DNA of 63,910 bases, the filler included, from Octopus bimaculoides (Eukaryota): assembly GCF_001194135.2 (NCBI RefSeq). It is 7 parts of 7 records of this genome, joined end to end, with 100 filler letters (N's around TTAATTAATTAA, not from the genome) between each part and the next. Parts side by side here need not be neighbours in the genome. Positions count along the whole stretch, not along the records: positions 1 to 28,309 come from NC_069005.1; 6 more parts are not named here. The stretch is one strand, 5' to 3'. Below, one piece after another: positions 13,384 to 26,169 of this stretch; position 1 is the first letter of the stretch; every line of letters begins with the position of its first letter. The notes under the pieces were generated by a model that was not told where the DNA came from, ran no database searches, and worked only from the letters and a program-made list of their open reading frames with translations. The translations under genes and the position numbers were made by a program.

Positions 13384-13898
13384 CAGTATTTCCCAACCTA
13401 TTTACCCGCCAGGCCCCATTTATAACTTTCCAGAAAAATGTATGCCCTACCGGTAGTTGGAAAATAAAACATTATGTCTGATATTTCCCGATTATATACT
13501 TTCCTTAAAGACATATCCATGCTAGGACATTAGAATAGCCCTATATTGTAGAAAATAGCCTTCACCCAGTATGTTTGGCTGTGGGGATTGGTTTAAGCCG
13601 GTGGCTTGAGCAAAGGTCAGAGCAAAAGATAGTGGTTTGAGCAGAGGTCTGTGGTTTGAGTAAATGTCGGTGGTTTGAGCAAAGGGCATTAGAATATCGC
13701 TATACTGTAGCAAAGTCTTCACGCATCATGCTTGGCCGGAGGGATTGGTTTGGTTAGGTTGGGTATAGGTGTGGTATGTTTGCTATGAAAAAACAGATTT
13801 TCACAATTCTGAGTCCCACTAAGAAAAAGAAAAAATTAGGATCTCAATTTTCCCAGGCTCCAACGGTAGGGGCATATGCCCCGCGTTGGGAATCACTG
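13384..13898. mobile_element. hAT-type MITE with internal 19-bp minisatellite
   Basis: TIRs CAGTATTTCCCAAC / GTTGGGAATCACTG. The 8-bp TSD GAGTAGAA (13376-13383) / GAGTAGCA (13899-13906) matches 7/8. Confidence 0.85.
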
Positions 13899-13999
13899 GA
13901 GTAGCACTTTCATCAAAGAAAATCAATCTGTGATTATCATGCCTTTATATAAATCAAGAACTACATTATATTTATTAGTGTTTGGTTGTAGGTCAGCTC

Positions 14000-14290
14000 T
14001 GGTGAAGCAGACCTATGGTTGAAAGCATTCCAACTACGACCATCTCATCGTTTAAGGGTAATTACACGATCAAATGAGTCTATTGTGCTGTGTGATTTGA
14101 GGGAGATTTGTCTGCCATTACTGTCCGACAGTTCCGACAATCACAGCCTTGGCCTGGTTCTATTTTTTCTTCTTTTACTTCGAAAGAATGAAAGGCAAAG
14201 TTAACCTCGGCAGGATTTGTACTCAGAGCGCACAGTTGAAAAGAAATACCGCAAAATATTCTGTGATCATCTCAGAATTTTTCCAACCAC
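14000..14290 (-). mobile_element. SINE family B, degenerate
   Basis: GAAAGAATGAAAGGCAAAGTTAACCTCGGCAGGATTTGTACTCAGAGCG is the reverse of the family B core. Confidence 0.6.
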
Positions 14291-15267
14291 TTGCAGTATC
14301 TCAAATTTTCCCCAGTGTTTTCTCAAATCTATTAGAAATTAATAATAATAATAATAATAATAATTACTAGCATTTAGATCCATGTCATTTTAATCAATCT
14401 GAAGCTTCCATTGCAGACATACCAAAAGCTATAATAGTATGTCTCTATAGCAACAAGGTAGCGAGATAATATATAAAACGCCCGGCTAGAAATAGCAGCC
14501 AAATCTTCCATAAACTGTACTATATCTGAAAGACGAAAAGGATGACATATTAGGAAGAAAATCTATTCAAAATTTAAAATACTTCTAATGGTTGAAAGAA
14601 TTTTAAAAAGATCCCCTCTGCCAATTCGCCACCCAAAAGTAGAAAGGGATTTGAGGGAAATTTGATATAGCAACTACTGCTGCTGTTGTTGTTGTTGTTG
14701 CTTCTGTCCTCCAACCCCTGATTAGCCCCTAATCAAGCAGACCCACAACCATAGGCGTCCCAGCCCTGAATTTCTAGTAAATACACGCCACCACGTAGCG
14801 GCTCTGTTGTTAGCTCCAGTATGCTAATGTAATGGAAAAGGTCAAGGGACAAAAGTCAGGGGTCAAAGTGGAAAGGCAACGTCTGTCTCACGTTCCGCAC
14901 ATTGTTCGGTTGCAATGAGAGAAGGATTTATATGTTGAATACAAGGCAAATTCCAAGACTTTTCTTGGCTCCATGTGAGAGAGAGAAAGAGAGAAAACAA
15001 GAGAGAGGATGGGAGAGAGAACGAGAGAGAGAATGAGAGAAAGAGAGAGAAACAGACAAAACAGAGAGACAGAAACAGAGAATATGTATGAACAAACTAT
15101 CTAAAATTACAGACTTGACTTTCAAACAATTCATTTGTTTGTTCATTTATTTATTTCACTTTTTTTGCCCCATTTTTACAGTATTTTTTATCCCTCCTGG
15201 TTGAGATTTTGGAATGCCTTTATGTATTGTTTTAGAAAAACAATGTTACTTTGGGGCTCCACCCTAG

Positions 15268-15375
<108 letters not shown>

Positions 15376-15378
15376 TTA

Positions 15379-16250
15379 CAGGGTGCTGTGAATATATTGT
15401 CGTTTCAATTACGCAAACATGAAAATAACATTGACATCTCATTTTAACAGATATATTTACTAAAATTACATAAAAATATCTTGAAAAGCTAAAGAGTAAA
15501 TTTGTTCAATAAAATCGCCATTGATTTCAACCACGGCATCCAGACGACTTCGGAATCTCCTGCAACTCCTCTGGACGGTCTCCTTGTTTAAGTTGGTGAA
15601 TGCTGCTATAATCCTTGCCTTCAGTTCATCTTTGGTGTTACAAGGAGTTTCGTTGACCTCTCACTCAACTGCGTCCCACATATAATAATCAAGGGGGTTG
15701 CAGTCTGGGAAGTTAGGTGGCCAGATATTAGGGATGATGTTAGGTCGCAGAAATTGTCTGACAGCCATGACTGGGTTGTCCTGCTTGTGCGGCATGGTGC
15801 AGAGTCCTGTTGCCAGACATAGGGTCTTCCAGCATCCACCCTTTTGACCCAGGGCAGCACTACCTCCTCCAGGCATTTGATGTAGGCCTCCGTCTTGAGT
15901 CTGGGTCCGTGTGGGAAGATGAATGGAGGCATAACGTCGCCGCCATTAGTGATCACACCAAACACCATGATGTACTCTTGGTACGTGTTTTGGGGACACG
16001 GTAAGCCAACGGTTGTTCTGTTGCTCACCGTCTGTTCGTATTGGAACTTCCGGCGCGAATGCCAAGCAGTACAGCATGTTGTCTCCAAATTTATGGCAGA
16101 GTGAATTGCGTCGTGGTGCTGTTTTTCTCACAGACGGTGCTCAACTGACCTTACTATACTAACCCTTGATGACATTGCAACGACTAAAATGCATAATTGC
16201 ATACAAAACAATTATGGATTATCGTTTGGTTAAACCTGTTGTCGAGCAGT
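15379..16250 (-). mobile_element. IS630-Tc1-mariner DD37D (maT-type) transposon, internally deleted
   Basis: TA|CAGGGTGCTGTGAATA terminus. Transposase pieces MVFGVIT..GDVMPPFIFP, WQQDSAP and WPPNFPDCNPLDYYMW. 37 residues separate the 2nd and 3rd Asp when frames are reconciled with the 30136 copy. Confidence 0.85.
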
Positions 16251-16309
16251 AACGGGTGCCAAACACAAAAATAGAGGCACACGCACACATGCGCGCGCAC
16301 ACACACACA

Positions 16310-16470
16310 CACACAAACGTACACGACGGGCTTCATTATTAATTTGACTCAAAAGGCTTTGGTTGTCCGAGGTATAGCAGAAGACACTTGCTCAAGGTGC
16401 CGCACAGTGGAATTGAACCCGAAACTACGTGGTTGAAAAAGCAAGCTTCTTAACCACACAGCCGTGCTTG
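16310..16470 (-). mobile_element. SINE family A 5' part
   Basis: GAAGACACTTGCTCAAGGTGCCGCACAGTGGAATTGAACCC...CCACACAGCC. Confidence 0.75.
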
Positions 16471-17725
16471 CGCCTATTAATAATGGAGATGAATCTACAA
16501 AGAAGAGAAATCTTTGATTGAAGACGTCGCTATCTGTGAGAAAATGTAAGACAGAGTATGGAAGGAGAGACGTGTTGAGAGGAATAGTGGAAGGTGATGG
16601 ATCAGTGAGTAACGGCTGTTACATTTATCTATATGTTCGGCAAGTCTGACACCACTGAAACGGTAAAATTAATTATAAATCCAATTATTCAATCCAATTT
16701 GCAGCTAAGTGTCACAATAGACCAGTAGATATGTATTTAATGTATTTATTTATATACCTAACAGCTATGATATAAAGAAATGTACGAAGTATACATACAT
16801 ATGTATATATGCATACACACACGCATATATATATGTCTATGAAGAATGTATATATATGCCTATATACATATATATGTTACGTACGCATATGTATGTATGT
16901 ATACTTCGTATATTTATTAATATCAATGAATAGCCATTAGATATGCAAATGAATACATTAAATACATATCATCTAGCTTATTATGCCACTTAACTGCAAA
17001 TTGGACTGAATAATTAAATTTATAATATAATTTATGATTAATTGAACGCATTTCGATCGAATCCCCTGCGAGTTGACAGGGGATCTCCTAATGACAATAT
17101 AAACTTCATGTAATCAAGATATCCTTGGCCTGAAGAGTAGCTTGCGGTCTACTCATCGTTTGGTAAATTACTACTTCCGAGGTTCCGCTAGCTATGAAAC
17201 ATATATAACCTGTATTTTATCAACTCCATCCCCTATTTTGGGATGTTTGTTCGCATATACAGCAACCTTAGGCGCTAACCATGAACTATAAAACAATCTT
17301 TTTGCAGCTTATCATACATCGATACGGAAAAAATTCACAACCTTCTGTGCCAATAACGGCTATAGTTTCTGAAAGTTGTCTTTACAGACTACTTGAAGCG
17401 CACTCACTTCCTACACATTGATCCTTGGAACTTGCCTTTATATCTGTGTGTGTGTACAATAATAATTATATAATAATATATCATAATAATAAATACTCCG
17501 ATTTAAATTGATGAGCTTACGCAGGCCAGAATCGAACTCACATATCAACGCTAACATGGTTCCATGCGCTTCCGATTTGGCCAATACGCTCATCCATCAA
17601 CTTCAGCTAAACTTTATGTATAGATTCTTAACTGTCTAATACTACATATAATATTTGTAAACAAACCCGGAGGCTTTGTAAGTTACACAGAAAAAGCGAC
17701 TATGAAAGTCTTTTTTATATAATAA

Positions 17726-19105
17726 CTAGCAAAGATACCCGGCGTTGCTCGGGGTGAGAACACTTCGTCATATCAGGATACTTATTTTCTAGTCTAACGA
17801 CCGGTGCTGCCGAAGCCTTTTTGGAAAACGTACAGAATTCCATACAAAACACACCAAAATTCACAAAAGCGTACAAAATACTTTTGAAATATGTCACAAC
17901 CGCAAAAATAGAGAAAAATACCGGTTTTTCATAGAAAATTTTAAATATATGGGTGTATAATAACTTGAAATTGATGAAAATACATATCAAAATGAAAGAA
18001 TATTGAAATTTAAAATCTCTAAAACGTACAATACAGTCAATTTTTCAGTAAAAACACACAACACTGTACAAATTTACCAACTTCGGCAGCGCTGCTAATA
18101 AGTCCTCCAGGAGAAGTCCTGCCACAGAAAGTGTTTGCCCCTACGATTTGTTACTCCACATCGCAAAACTTATACGAACAGGAAATTTCAACCGCCAAGA
18201 AGTAAAGGGGATTTGCGCTCCCGACGGAATAAGGGGAGTTTTCGGTATGAAGACGTCATTTCCTTTTCCACATCCCTATACTTGAATCACAAAGAACTGG
18301 GATTACGTAACATGCATGTTTGCAATATCCCTGCTAACAGTGCCCTGAGACTTTTGGGGGACTTTGATGCAGCAGCCTCTGCCAGCGTTGCAGCCCTCTT
18401 CTAGCAACCCGTGCTTGAAGCAAGCCTCCCGGTATGTTCCACACAACTAGTCATCAAAGGTTCAGATCCTGGAAACACTCCTGTTGTGTAAACTCTTCCA
18501 AGGCAATTGCCAGAATTTCCATCAACATCTTGACCAGCTTTTCTTCATACCCACTTCTCTTTGGCATTTACACAAGTTGTGAACTTATTGGAGCAAGTAG
18601 CCTGAAAGATGAGTGGAGGTAGGTACATAGAAAGCCTACAGAACCTCTCTGTAGACAATATTTTTTTGTTTTACTTTGCGGAGCAAATGAGAATAGATTG
18701 TTTTTGGTTCCCTCTCTGGAACAGCCAACCTACAATTGCCCGTGTGAGAAACACGACTCTTCCAGGTGAAGTCCTACCACAGAGAGTGTTTGCCCCTGCG
18801 ATTTGTTGATCGACATCGCAAAACCTACACGACAGGAAATTGTAGAAATGTATACGTACTACACACACGGACACACAGACATCCTTTGTTGGGAGAACGT
18901 ACAAATACCGTAAAGACAAAGATATTTACGCACGACAAAGTTGAAATACACTGAAGTCAATTTTTAGGCAGATGTGGCAAAACTGAATTTAAACACACTG
19001 GGTGAACAAAAATTAAAAATAACTAAATTATTTTTCAGGGAGAGACGTACAAAAACCGTAACAGAGATTTTTAAGCCCGACTAATTGAAATACACGGAAA
19101 CCAAT
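17726..19105 (-). mobile_element. Non-autonomous Helitron deletion derivative with intact 3' terminus
   Basis: Minus strand ends with hairpin CCCGAGCAACGCCGGG (17738-17753), then CTAG (17726-17729), then T. Internal 18200-18610 encodes RepHel linker motifs KW.RKAGQDVDG..LGRVYT, CGTYREACFKHGLLE and TLAEAAASKSPKSLRALLAGILQTC. Confidence 0.85.
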
Positions 19106-19848
19106 NNNNNNNNNNNNNNNNNNNNNNNNNNNNNNNNNNNNNNNNNNNNNNNNNNNNNNNNNNNNNNNNNNNNNNNNNNNNNNNNNNNNNNNNNNNNNNN
19201 NNNNNNNNNNNNNNNNNNNNNNNNNNNNNNNNNNNNNNNNNNNNNNNNNNNNNNNNNNNNNNNNNNNNNNNNNNNNNNNNNNNNNNNNNNNNNNNNNNNN
19301 NNNNNNNNNNNNNNNNNNNNNNNNNNNNNNNNNNNNNNNNNNNNNNNNNNNNNNNNNNNNNNNNNNNNNNNNNNNNNNNNNNNNNNNNNNNNNNNNNNNN
19401 NNNNNNNNNNNNNNNNNNNNNNNNNNNNNNNNNNNNNNNNNNNNNNNNNNNNNNNNNNNNNNNNNNNNNNNNNNNNNNNNNNNNNNNNNNNNNNNNNNNN
19501 NNNNNNNNNNNNNNNNNNNNNNNNNNNNNNNNNNNNNNNNNNNNNNNNNNNNNNNNNNNNNNNNNNNNNNNNNNNNNNNNNNNNNNNNNNNNNNNNNNNN
19601 NNNNNNNNNNNNNNNNNNNNNNNNNNNNNNNNNNNNNNNNNNNNNNNNNNNNNNNNNNNNNNNNNNNNNNNNNNNNNNNNAAGTTTCCCGATATTGTCGT
19701 TAAAAGCACGAAATAGGAGTAATAAACAGTTCGACAACTGATGATGAGTTATCTTCTTTTGGTATTTTGTCCTGTACTTATCTCTCGTGTGTTTGCGTAT
19801 TTTTCGCTCGTTGGTGATATCCTGTACACAATGTGTAATTTTTATTTT

Positions 19849-19895
<47 letters not shown>

Positions 19896-20049
19896 AAGAT
19901 GCAGAGTGTTGTACTTATAACTAGCTGGCGTCAACAGCTACTTTGATATAACGACTGGTTTTCTGTTTAGCATACGTTCCTGCACTATTTCTTCTTGAGA
20001 TTTTATAACTAGCTACTTTGCTTATATATATGCGAAGTATCTTGGTCAG

Positions 20050-20340
20050 GCTTCTTCTAGTAGAATCCCCTGCCCACGAAAACCTTGAGAGTGAATATGG
20101 TCGATGGAATGTGTACCGAAGCCTGTTGTATATGTGTGTATGTTTGTGTGTTTGAGTCTACGTGCAGGAGTCTTTGTGTTTAATAAATGGTGTTGGCATC
20201 TTTACGTCTCCGTAACGTAGAAGTTAGGCAAAAGAATTTAATAGAGTAAGTACCAGAATTTTAAAAATACGTATGTACTGGCGTTGATTTGTTCGACTAA
20301 GATTATTCAAAGCGCTACTCCAACACGACCGCAGTCCAAA
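20050..20340 (+). mobile_element. SINE family A, degenerate
   Basis: Colinear with the middle and tail of the 22132 copy. Confidence 0.55.
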
Positions 20341-20369
20341 TACTAAAACATCTAAAAATTAAAAGACAC

Positions 20370-20453
<84 letters not shown>

Positions 20454-21109
20454 CCTCTCACGCACACACACACATACACATACACATACACACACGCACA
20501 CACACAGACACTGGCTGTTAGCTTACTTTGAGCTGTTTTTTTACCAACTGTGCTATAGGTTGGTTCTGATCCAGAAAGTAGGTGGAGGTTTTGATTATCA
20601 AAAACGTGATGTTTTCAATAAGTTAACTTATTCATACATACACACATACATACACACAAATACATACATACATACATACATACATACATACATACATACA
20701 TACATGTTTGTCAAACTATGTATAAAAGTAATTTAATACCAAACGTGATGTAGTGAATAAGTTAACGGTTTCGGGCATGTTAAATACACATACAAATAGA
20801 GACATGTCCTGCTTATATAGGGACGAAATTTAGTTGAAAGAAATGTTCGTGTTTGATAGTTGGAATAAGGGAAAACTCCTTCCGAAAGCTCTAATCCCAA
20901 AACTTTTATATAAATAAGTTCAGAGGTCGTGTTATAAACGATGTCTGTAAAAAATATAAAATATAAAAAAAAACGAAAAATCCCAATTGATAAGAATTTC
21001 CTTCTTAGTTGGCGAAAGAAAATAACCACCTAGCGGAGATTCTCAGCAACTCTCAAAGAAAAGGGAAGATAATTTTAAGAATTTATATTTTTATTTAAGT
21101 CCAACGCCA

Positions 21110-21350
21110 GTAATTTTGGGGGTAGGGAGGAGCAGTCTATTCTATTGACTCCAGTACTCGACTGACACTCAAATTAATCGACCCCAGAGGGATGAAATGT
21201 GAAGTTGAACTCGACTAGATTTGAACTCAGAACATAAGGAGCCGGAGACACATCAAGGTACTTTGTCCGACGTTCTAACGATTTTTCTGACTACTTGAAA
21301 TTGTTTCTAATTTAGGCACAAGGCCAGCAATTTTGAGGACAGGAGGTGGA
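21110..21350 (-). mobile_element. SINE family B
   Basis: ATCGACCCCAGAGGGATGAAATGTGAAGTTGAACTCG...GATTTGAACTCAGAAC. Confidence 0.65.
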
Positions 21351-21571
21351 TGATTAACTTGACCCCCCCCCCNNNNNNNNNNNNNNNNNNNNNNNNNNNN
21401 NNNNNNNNNNNNNNNNNNNNNNNNNNNNNNNNNNNNNNNNNNNNNNNNNNNNNNNNNNNNNNNNNNNNNNNNNNNNNNNNNNNNNNNNNNNNNNNNNNNN
21501 NNNNNNNNNNNNNNNNNNNNNNNNNNNNNNNNNNNNNNNNNNNNNNNNNNNNNNNNNNNNNNNNNNNNNNN

Positions 21572-21602
<31 letters not shown>

Positions 21603-22131
21603 CTCTCTTTCTCTCGGTATCTAGTACTGAAATGCATTTATCGAGGATTTCCTGAAATGACTGTAATGCTGGCGTTTTAACACCAATACTTAAAATGAGT
21701 ATTTTCTCCTCGGCAAAATGCAGTAAAAACAGCCTTATTTATTTATTTATTTATCTGCAGGTTGAATATATCTCAAACTTATATGGACTGGTCTAAAATT
21801 TTATTTAATTCACATCACTGTTTTTGCGTACCTACAAAACCTTTTAGTTTAGCCTGGCGACCTCGAACGTAGTCAGTAAATAGTCTCTACTGATTCTCTA
21901 CAAGGACCCTATGACTTCCAAAGCCATTCCAGAGTTGTAACCGGTACTCATAATAGCTATTTAGCTTGAAACTGGTACTGATGATAGCTATTTAGCTTCA
22001 AATGCATTTGTCGGTCTAGAGATGCTGCCCTGAAATAACTGTCCGTAGATTACGAGAGATTTTCTCAACATCAAACTGCAATGGAAATTGTCTTTTTACT
22101 AGTCAGATATATATACTAAAAATATACATGG

Positions 22132-22530
22132 AGGCGCAGGAGTAGCTGTGTGGTAAGTAGCTTGCTTACCAACCACATGGTTCCGGGTTCAGTCCCACTG
22201 CGTGGCACCTTGGGCAAGTGTCTTCTACTATAGCCTCGGGCTGACCAAAGCCTTGTGAGTGGATTTGGTAGACGGAAACTGAAAGAAGCCCGTCGTGTAT
22301 ATATATATATATGTATGTCTGTTTGTGTGTCTGTGTTTGTCCCCCCACCATCGCTTAACAACCAATGCTGGTGTGTTTACATCCCCGTAACTTAGCGGTT
22401 CGGCAAAAAGAGCCCGATAGAATAAGCACTATGCTTCCAAAGAATAAGTCCCGGGGTCGATTTTCTCGACTAAAGGCGGTGCTCCAGCATGGCCGCAGTC
22501 AAATGACTGAAACAAGTAAACGAGAGTAAA
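22132..22530 (+). mobile_element. SINE family A, best-preserved full-length copy
   Basis: A-box-like GGCTGTGTGGTAAG, B-box-like GGTTCAGTCCC, CORE-like GGCACCTTGGGCAAGTGTCTT, central TA/TG tract, and 3' ...CAGTCAAATGACTGAAACAAGTAAA. Confidence 0.85.
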
Positions 22531-22594
22531 GAGAGATATAAATATATAGATATGCAAACATAATAATAATAGACTATAGATAAAAATAATGAAA

Positions 22595-22890
22595 GATAGA
22601 AAAAAGATTCTTTTTAAAAATTCAAAATATAATATAGAGATAGGGATAGGCATTGAAAAGAGTTTTGGGTAACATGTCAGAGGAAAATAAGGTGTTCCAG
22701 CGATCATTTCAGGAGTACATTCGTCCAGATTACATATGAATCTTAAGATTCCTTTCCATAGAATGCCCCTCCTGAAACGATCGCTGGAACCACCTTATTT
22801 TCCTCTGACATGTTACCCAAAACTCTTTTCAATGCTTATCACTATCTCTATATTATATTTTGAATTTTTAAAAATCTCTTTTATCTATAT
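22595..22890. repeat. ~120-bp-arm inverted repeat immediately 5' of a Penelope-like element
   Basis: Arms ~22595-22715 and 22769-22890 are near-identical reverse complements. The loop contains the perfect palindrome GAATCTTAAGATTC (22738-22751). Confidence 0.85.
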
Positions 22891-22942
22891 TATTTACATT
22901 ATTTACATTTGACGGATATTTGTCCTCATCTTGTTTGTTGTT

Positions 22943-22990
22943 AACACAACGTTTCGGCTGATATACTCTCCAGCCTTCATCAAGTGTCTT
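22943..22990 (-). ncRNA. Candidate minimal type I hammerhead motif (C3U variant)
   Basis: Minus strand: GACAC-TTGATGA-A-GGCTG-GAGAGTATAT-CAGCC-GAAAC-GTT-GTGTT, with palindromic AACGTT stem III. Confidence 0.5.
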
Positions 22991-23169
22991 GGGCAAATTT
23001 CGAACCTGGCTGTATGTGTTAATCGTAGTATGCCTGATTTGAATCTTTTCTATTGCATCTATTATACTTGTCTAGCGCCACGGGTTCGACTTGAGCATTT
23101 CTATGCTCTCTATGTTTTTCGAAAGAAAATTATAATTATACACTTTTGCTCCATTGAGCACTTCTCATT

Positions 23170-25470
23170 GACTGCAATAATGGAAAAGCAAATCTTAGGT
23201 ATTTCTACCAAAAACATTCCAGGCATACATATATGGAATTCCTTCTACATAAGACTACCGAATTCATAAATAGATTAAGATGGAAAGCTTTCTTCTACGA
23301 TGCTAAATCCAAACAACCTAATGAAAACGACAATTATAAATTAAAATCATACAAAATCCCTCCCTGAAACCCAGTATTGGTTATTCGAAAAAGATTTGAT
23401 GCATCTCATAAAAGACTTTAAGTTCTTTGAATACACTAACTCCTTCTAGAAAAAGTTCTCAGGAATTATATCAAAGATAAAACGATCACCTAATCTATAT
23501 GTGCTCTCTGACAAAACGGGCAACATTTATTCAATGCCTTGGAATACCTATGAAGGAATTAAATACCAACTATAAACATGCAAAGGATACCGCACTCGAC
23601 GATATTAATAAACTACATTATAAATTCATCTCAAGTTTGAACTATGAGACAGGACTGAACCATACGTACCAAGACCCCCCCCCTTTTATGTTGAAAGATC
23701 ATGAAACTAACTTCCATTCGAAACCATCTATCAGACTTATATCTCCTACAAAATCTCATTTGGGAAAAATTAGCAAATCCATATTGGACAGAATAATACC
23801 AGTGATCAAAGATAATGTTAAACTTCCTCTGTGGAATTCAACTGGATTCCATTGCCTGCCACTATCTCCCCAATATTATCAAATAAGACATTTTGTTAAC
23901 ATCCCACGATCTGATATTGATATTATCTTGACAGAGAGAAAAACCTTAATTAATTTTAAGAATCATAACTGGATTAGAAGTGATTCGACGAACTACTTCG
24001 ATATCACTATGGGTTCGTCAGATTCAGCCCAGCTAACAGACCTTGTGGGTCTGTACCTCCTGTCTCAAATCAAGAAAAGCTTTTCTAACGTTTCTGGTGG
24101 GCTCTATAGGGACGGCGCGCTCTTGGCAGTAAATGGTTTATCTAAACTGGAGACTGAGCGAATTAAGAAGTCATTAAGAAAATTTCTTTTGAATTTCTTT
24201 AATCTCCATATTGTATTTGAGACTGACACAAAAATCGCCAACTTTTAGACGTCACACTTAATCTAAACACTAAGTTATATTACACATACAGCAAAGCAAA
24301 CCAAACATTACAATATATAATGTCTCTTCTAATCACCCTAAATTAACCATCGATAGTGTTATCACGGCCATCTCCATTAGAATATCCAACCTATCTGCAA
24401 ACGAGGAGATTTTTAACGTACACTCACCATTTTATAATCATTTTATAATCATGCCATGAAATTAAGCGGCTTTCATGACCATATTTTCTACACCCGTGAC
24501 ACCAAACTAAAAATCAAATATGCTAATTTAACACCTCACAGTAATTCTGAGACGACTAAAATGATCCTCTCCTTAAATTATAAACCTATAAGAAAACATG
24601 TTGTTAACCGTATTAAAACCTGTTGTTAACCGTTATAATTTTATAATCGCAATGCTAGTATTCGTAATAAACATAGTCCCTCTATATCTGAACACTCTGA
24701 TGGGATAACACACTCTAAATCTAGGGAAAGACAAATTATTTGGTTCCCCCTCCCCCATTTTCTCTCAGAGTCAAAATCTACCAAAACAGTTCTTCAAAAT
24801 TCTTAAACTAAATTTTCCCAAGCACCATAAATACTACCCTATATTTAATAAACATTCTATAAAATTATCTTACTCTACTACGCCTAATTTGGGTTGAATT
24901 ATCGCATCTACAAACAGAAATAAAATTCAACTCCAAACGACTAAAAGCGTAGATCACTGTAAGATACCCCATACAAGTCCAAATAATATTAATAAAACAA
25001 AAATTATAGATAGGAACGCAAAAACGTGTCATTGTAGGGCCCCTGGATTATGTCCGCTTGCGGGTTTATGTCTATGCAAAAATGTAATCAATAAATGTAC
25101 AGTGGCAAACGATAAACATGAAGCTAGAGTATACATAAGAAGCACTAAAGGCTTCAAAAAACGATACAGAATATATGTAAATTTCTTTAATAAGTTAAAG
25201 CATAAAAATTCTACAGCGTTAGCTAGGTACAGACACAACTTAAAATTGCAGAACATTAATTATACATTGTCTTGGTCAATCATGGATGAGGCCCCACCAT
25301 ACAATACGATTACTGGCAGATGTCGATTGTGTACAAAAGAATCATACGTGATCCTTCGCATGTTTAATTCCACTGTTTCAAATAAGTTTTCTGACGCTAT
25401 TCATTCCTGCAACCATAGATACTATTCAACTTTCATGAGACGATTCAAATTCAAACTCACTTAGCAATAT
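23170..25470 (+). mobile_element. Penelope-like element relic, Naiad-type (RT + GIY-YIG)
   Basis: LKDHETNFHSKPSIRLISPTKSHLGKISK, FDITMGSSDSAQLTDLVGLYLL, GLYRDG (RT), FLDVTLNL; then CHCR..CPLAGLC, VYIRSTKGFKKRY, CRLCTKE and SCNHR (endonuclease region). Multiple stops and frameshifts. Confidence 0.9.
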
Positions 25471-26169
25471 TTTCTGTTGCACAACAATACAAATGTTATT
25501 TTTATTAAGTCAGTAAACATTCTAACTTTTCTCCCATCAGCCCTCATAAAAACTTCCATAATTTACATAGCTTTATCTGCTCTTCTATAAAGCATTAAAT
25601 TATCTCATACTTGGTATCTAGCGTAAACACTATTTTCCCTGCAACCATACACATGTACATATACATGTATATATATACATACCCGCACACACGCACACAC
25701 ACACAGGCATGATGTACACATATGTATATCTGCACACGCGCGCGCGCACCCACATACACCCACACACGTGCACGTGCCCATACGCGCACAGTTATATTCA
25801 AATGCACGTCTAAAATATGTACATGCTTTATATGCATATGCTCACTCATAATCGCGTGGAACACTCGCATGTACACCCATGTATATATGCAACCATGCAC
25901 ATGTACATATACATGTACATATATACATACCCGCACACACACACGCACACACACGCACAAAAAAGTTCATATACATGTCTATATACGCACATGCACAAGA
26001 AAATGCGGGGTGAAAGGTAAAATACAGAAAAAATGTGTAAAAATATATAAAGCAATAAAAATATAAAAATATATCTCTATAAATATGAAAAACATATGTA
26101 AAAAAATATATAAGAAATATATATAGAAAGTATAGAGAGATAAAAAGCTTGTACGCGGACATAATATAA

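Noticed and set aside
17505-17600. tRNA gene on the minus strand
   Set aside because: Only a B-box-like GAGTTCGATTC is present; no complete cloverleaf could be folded, so it is probably a SINE head remnant.
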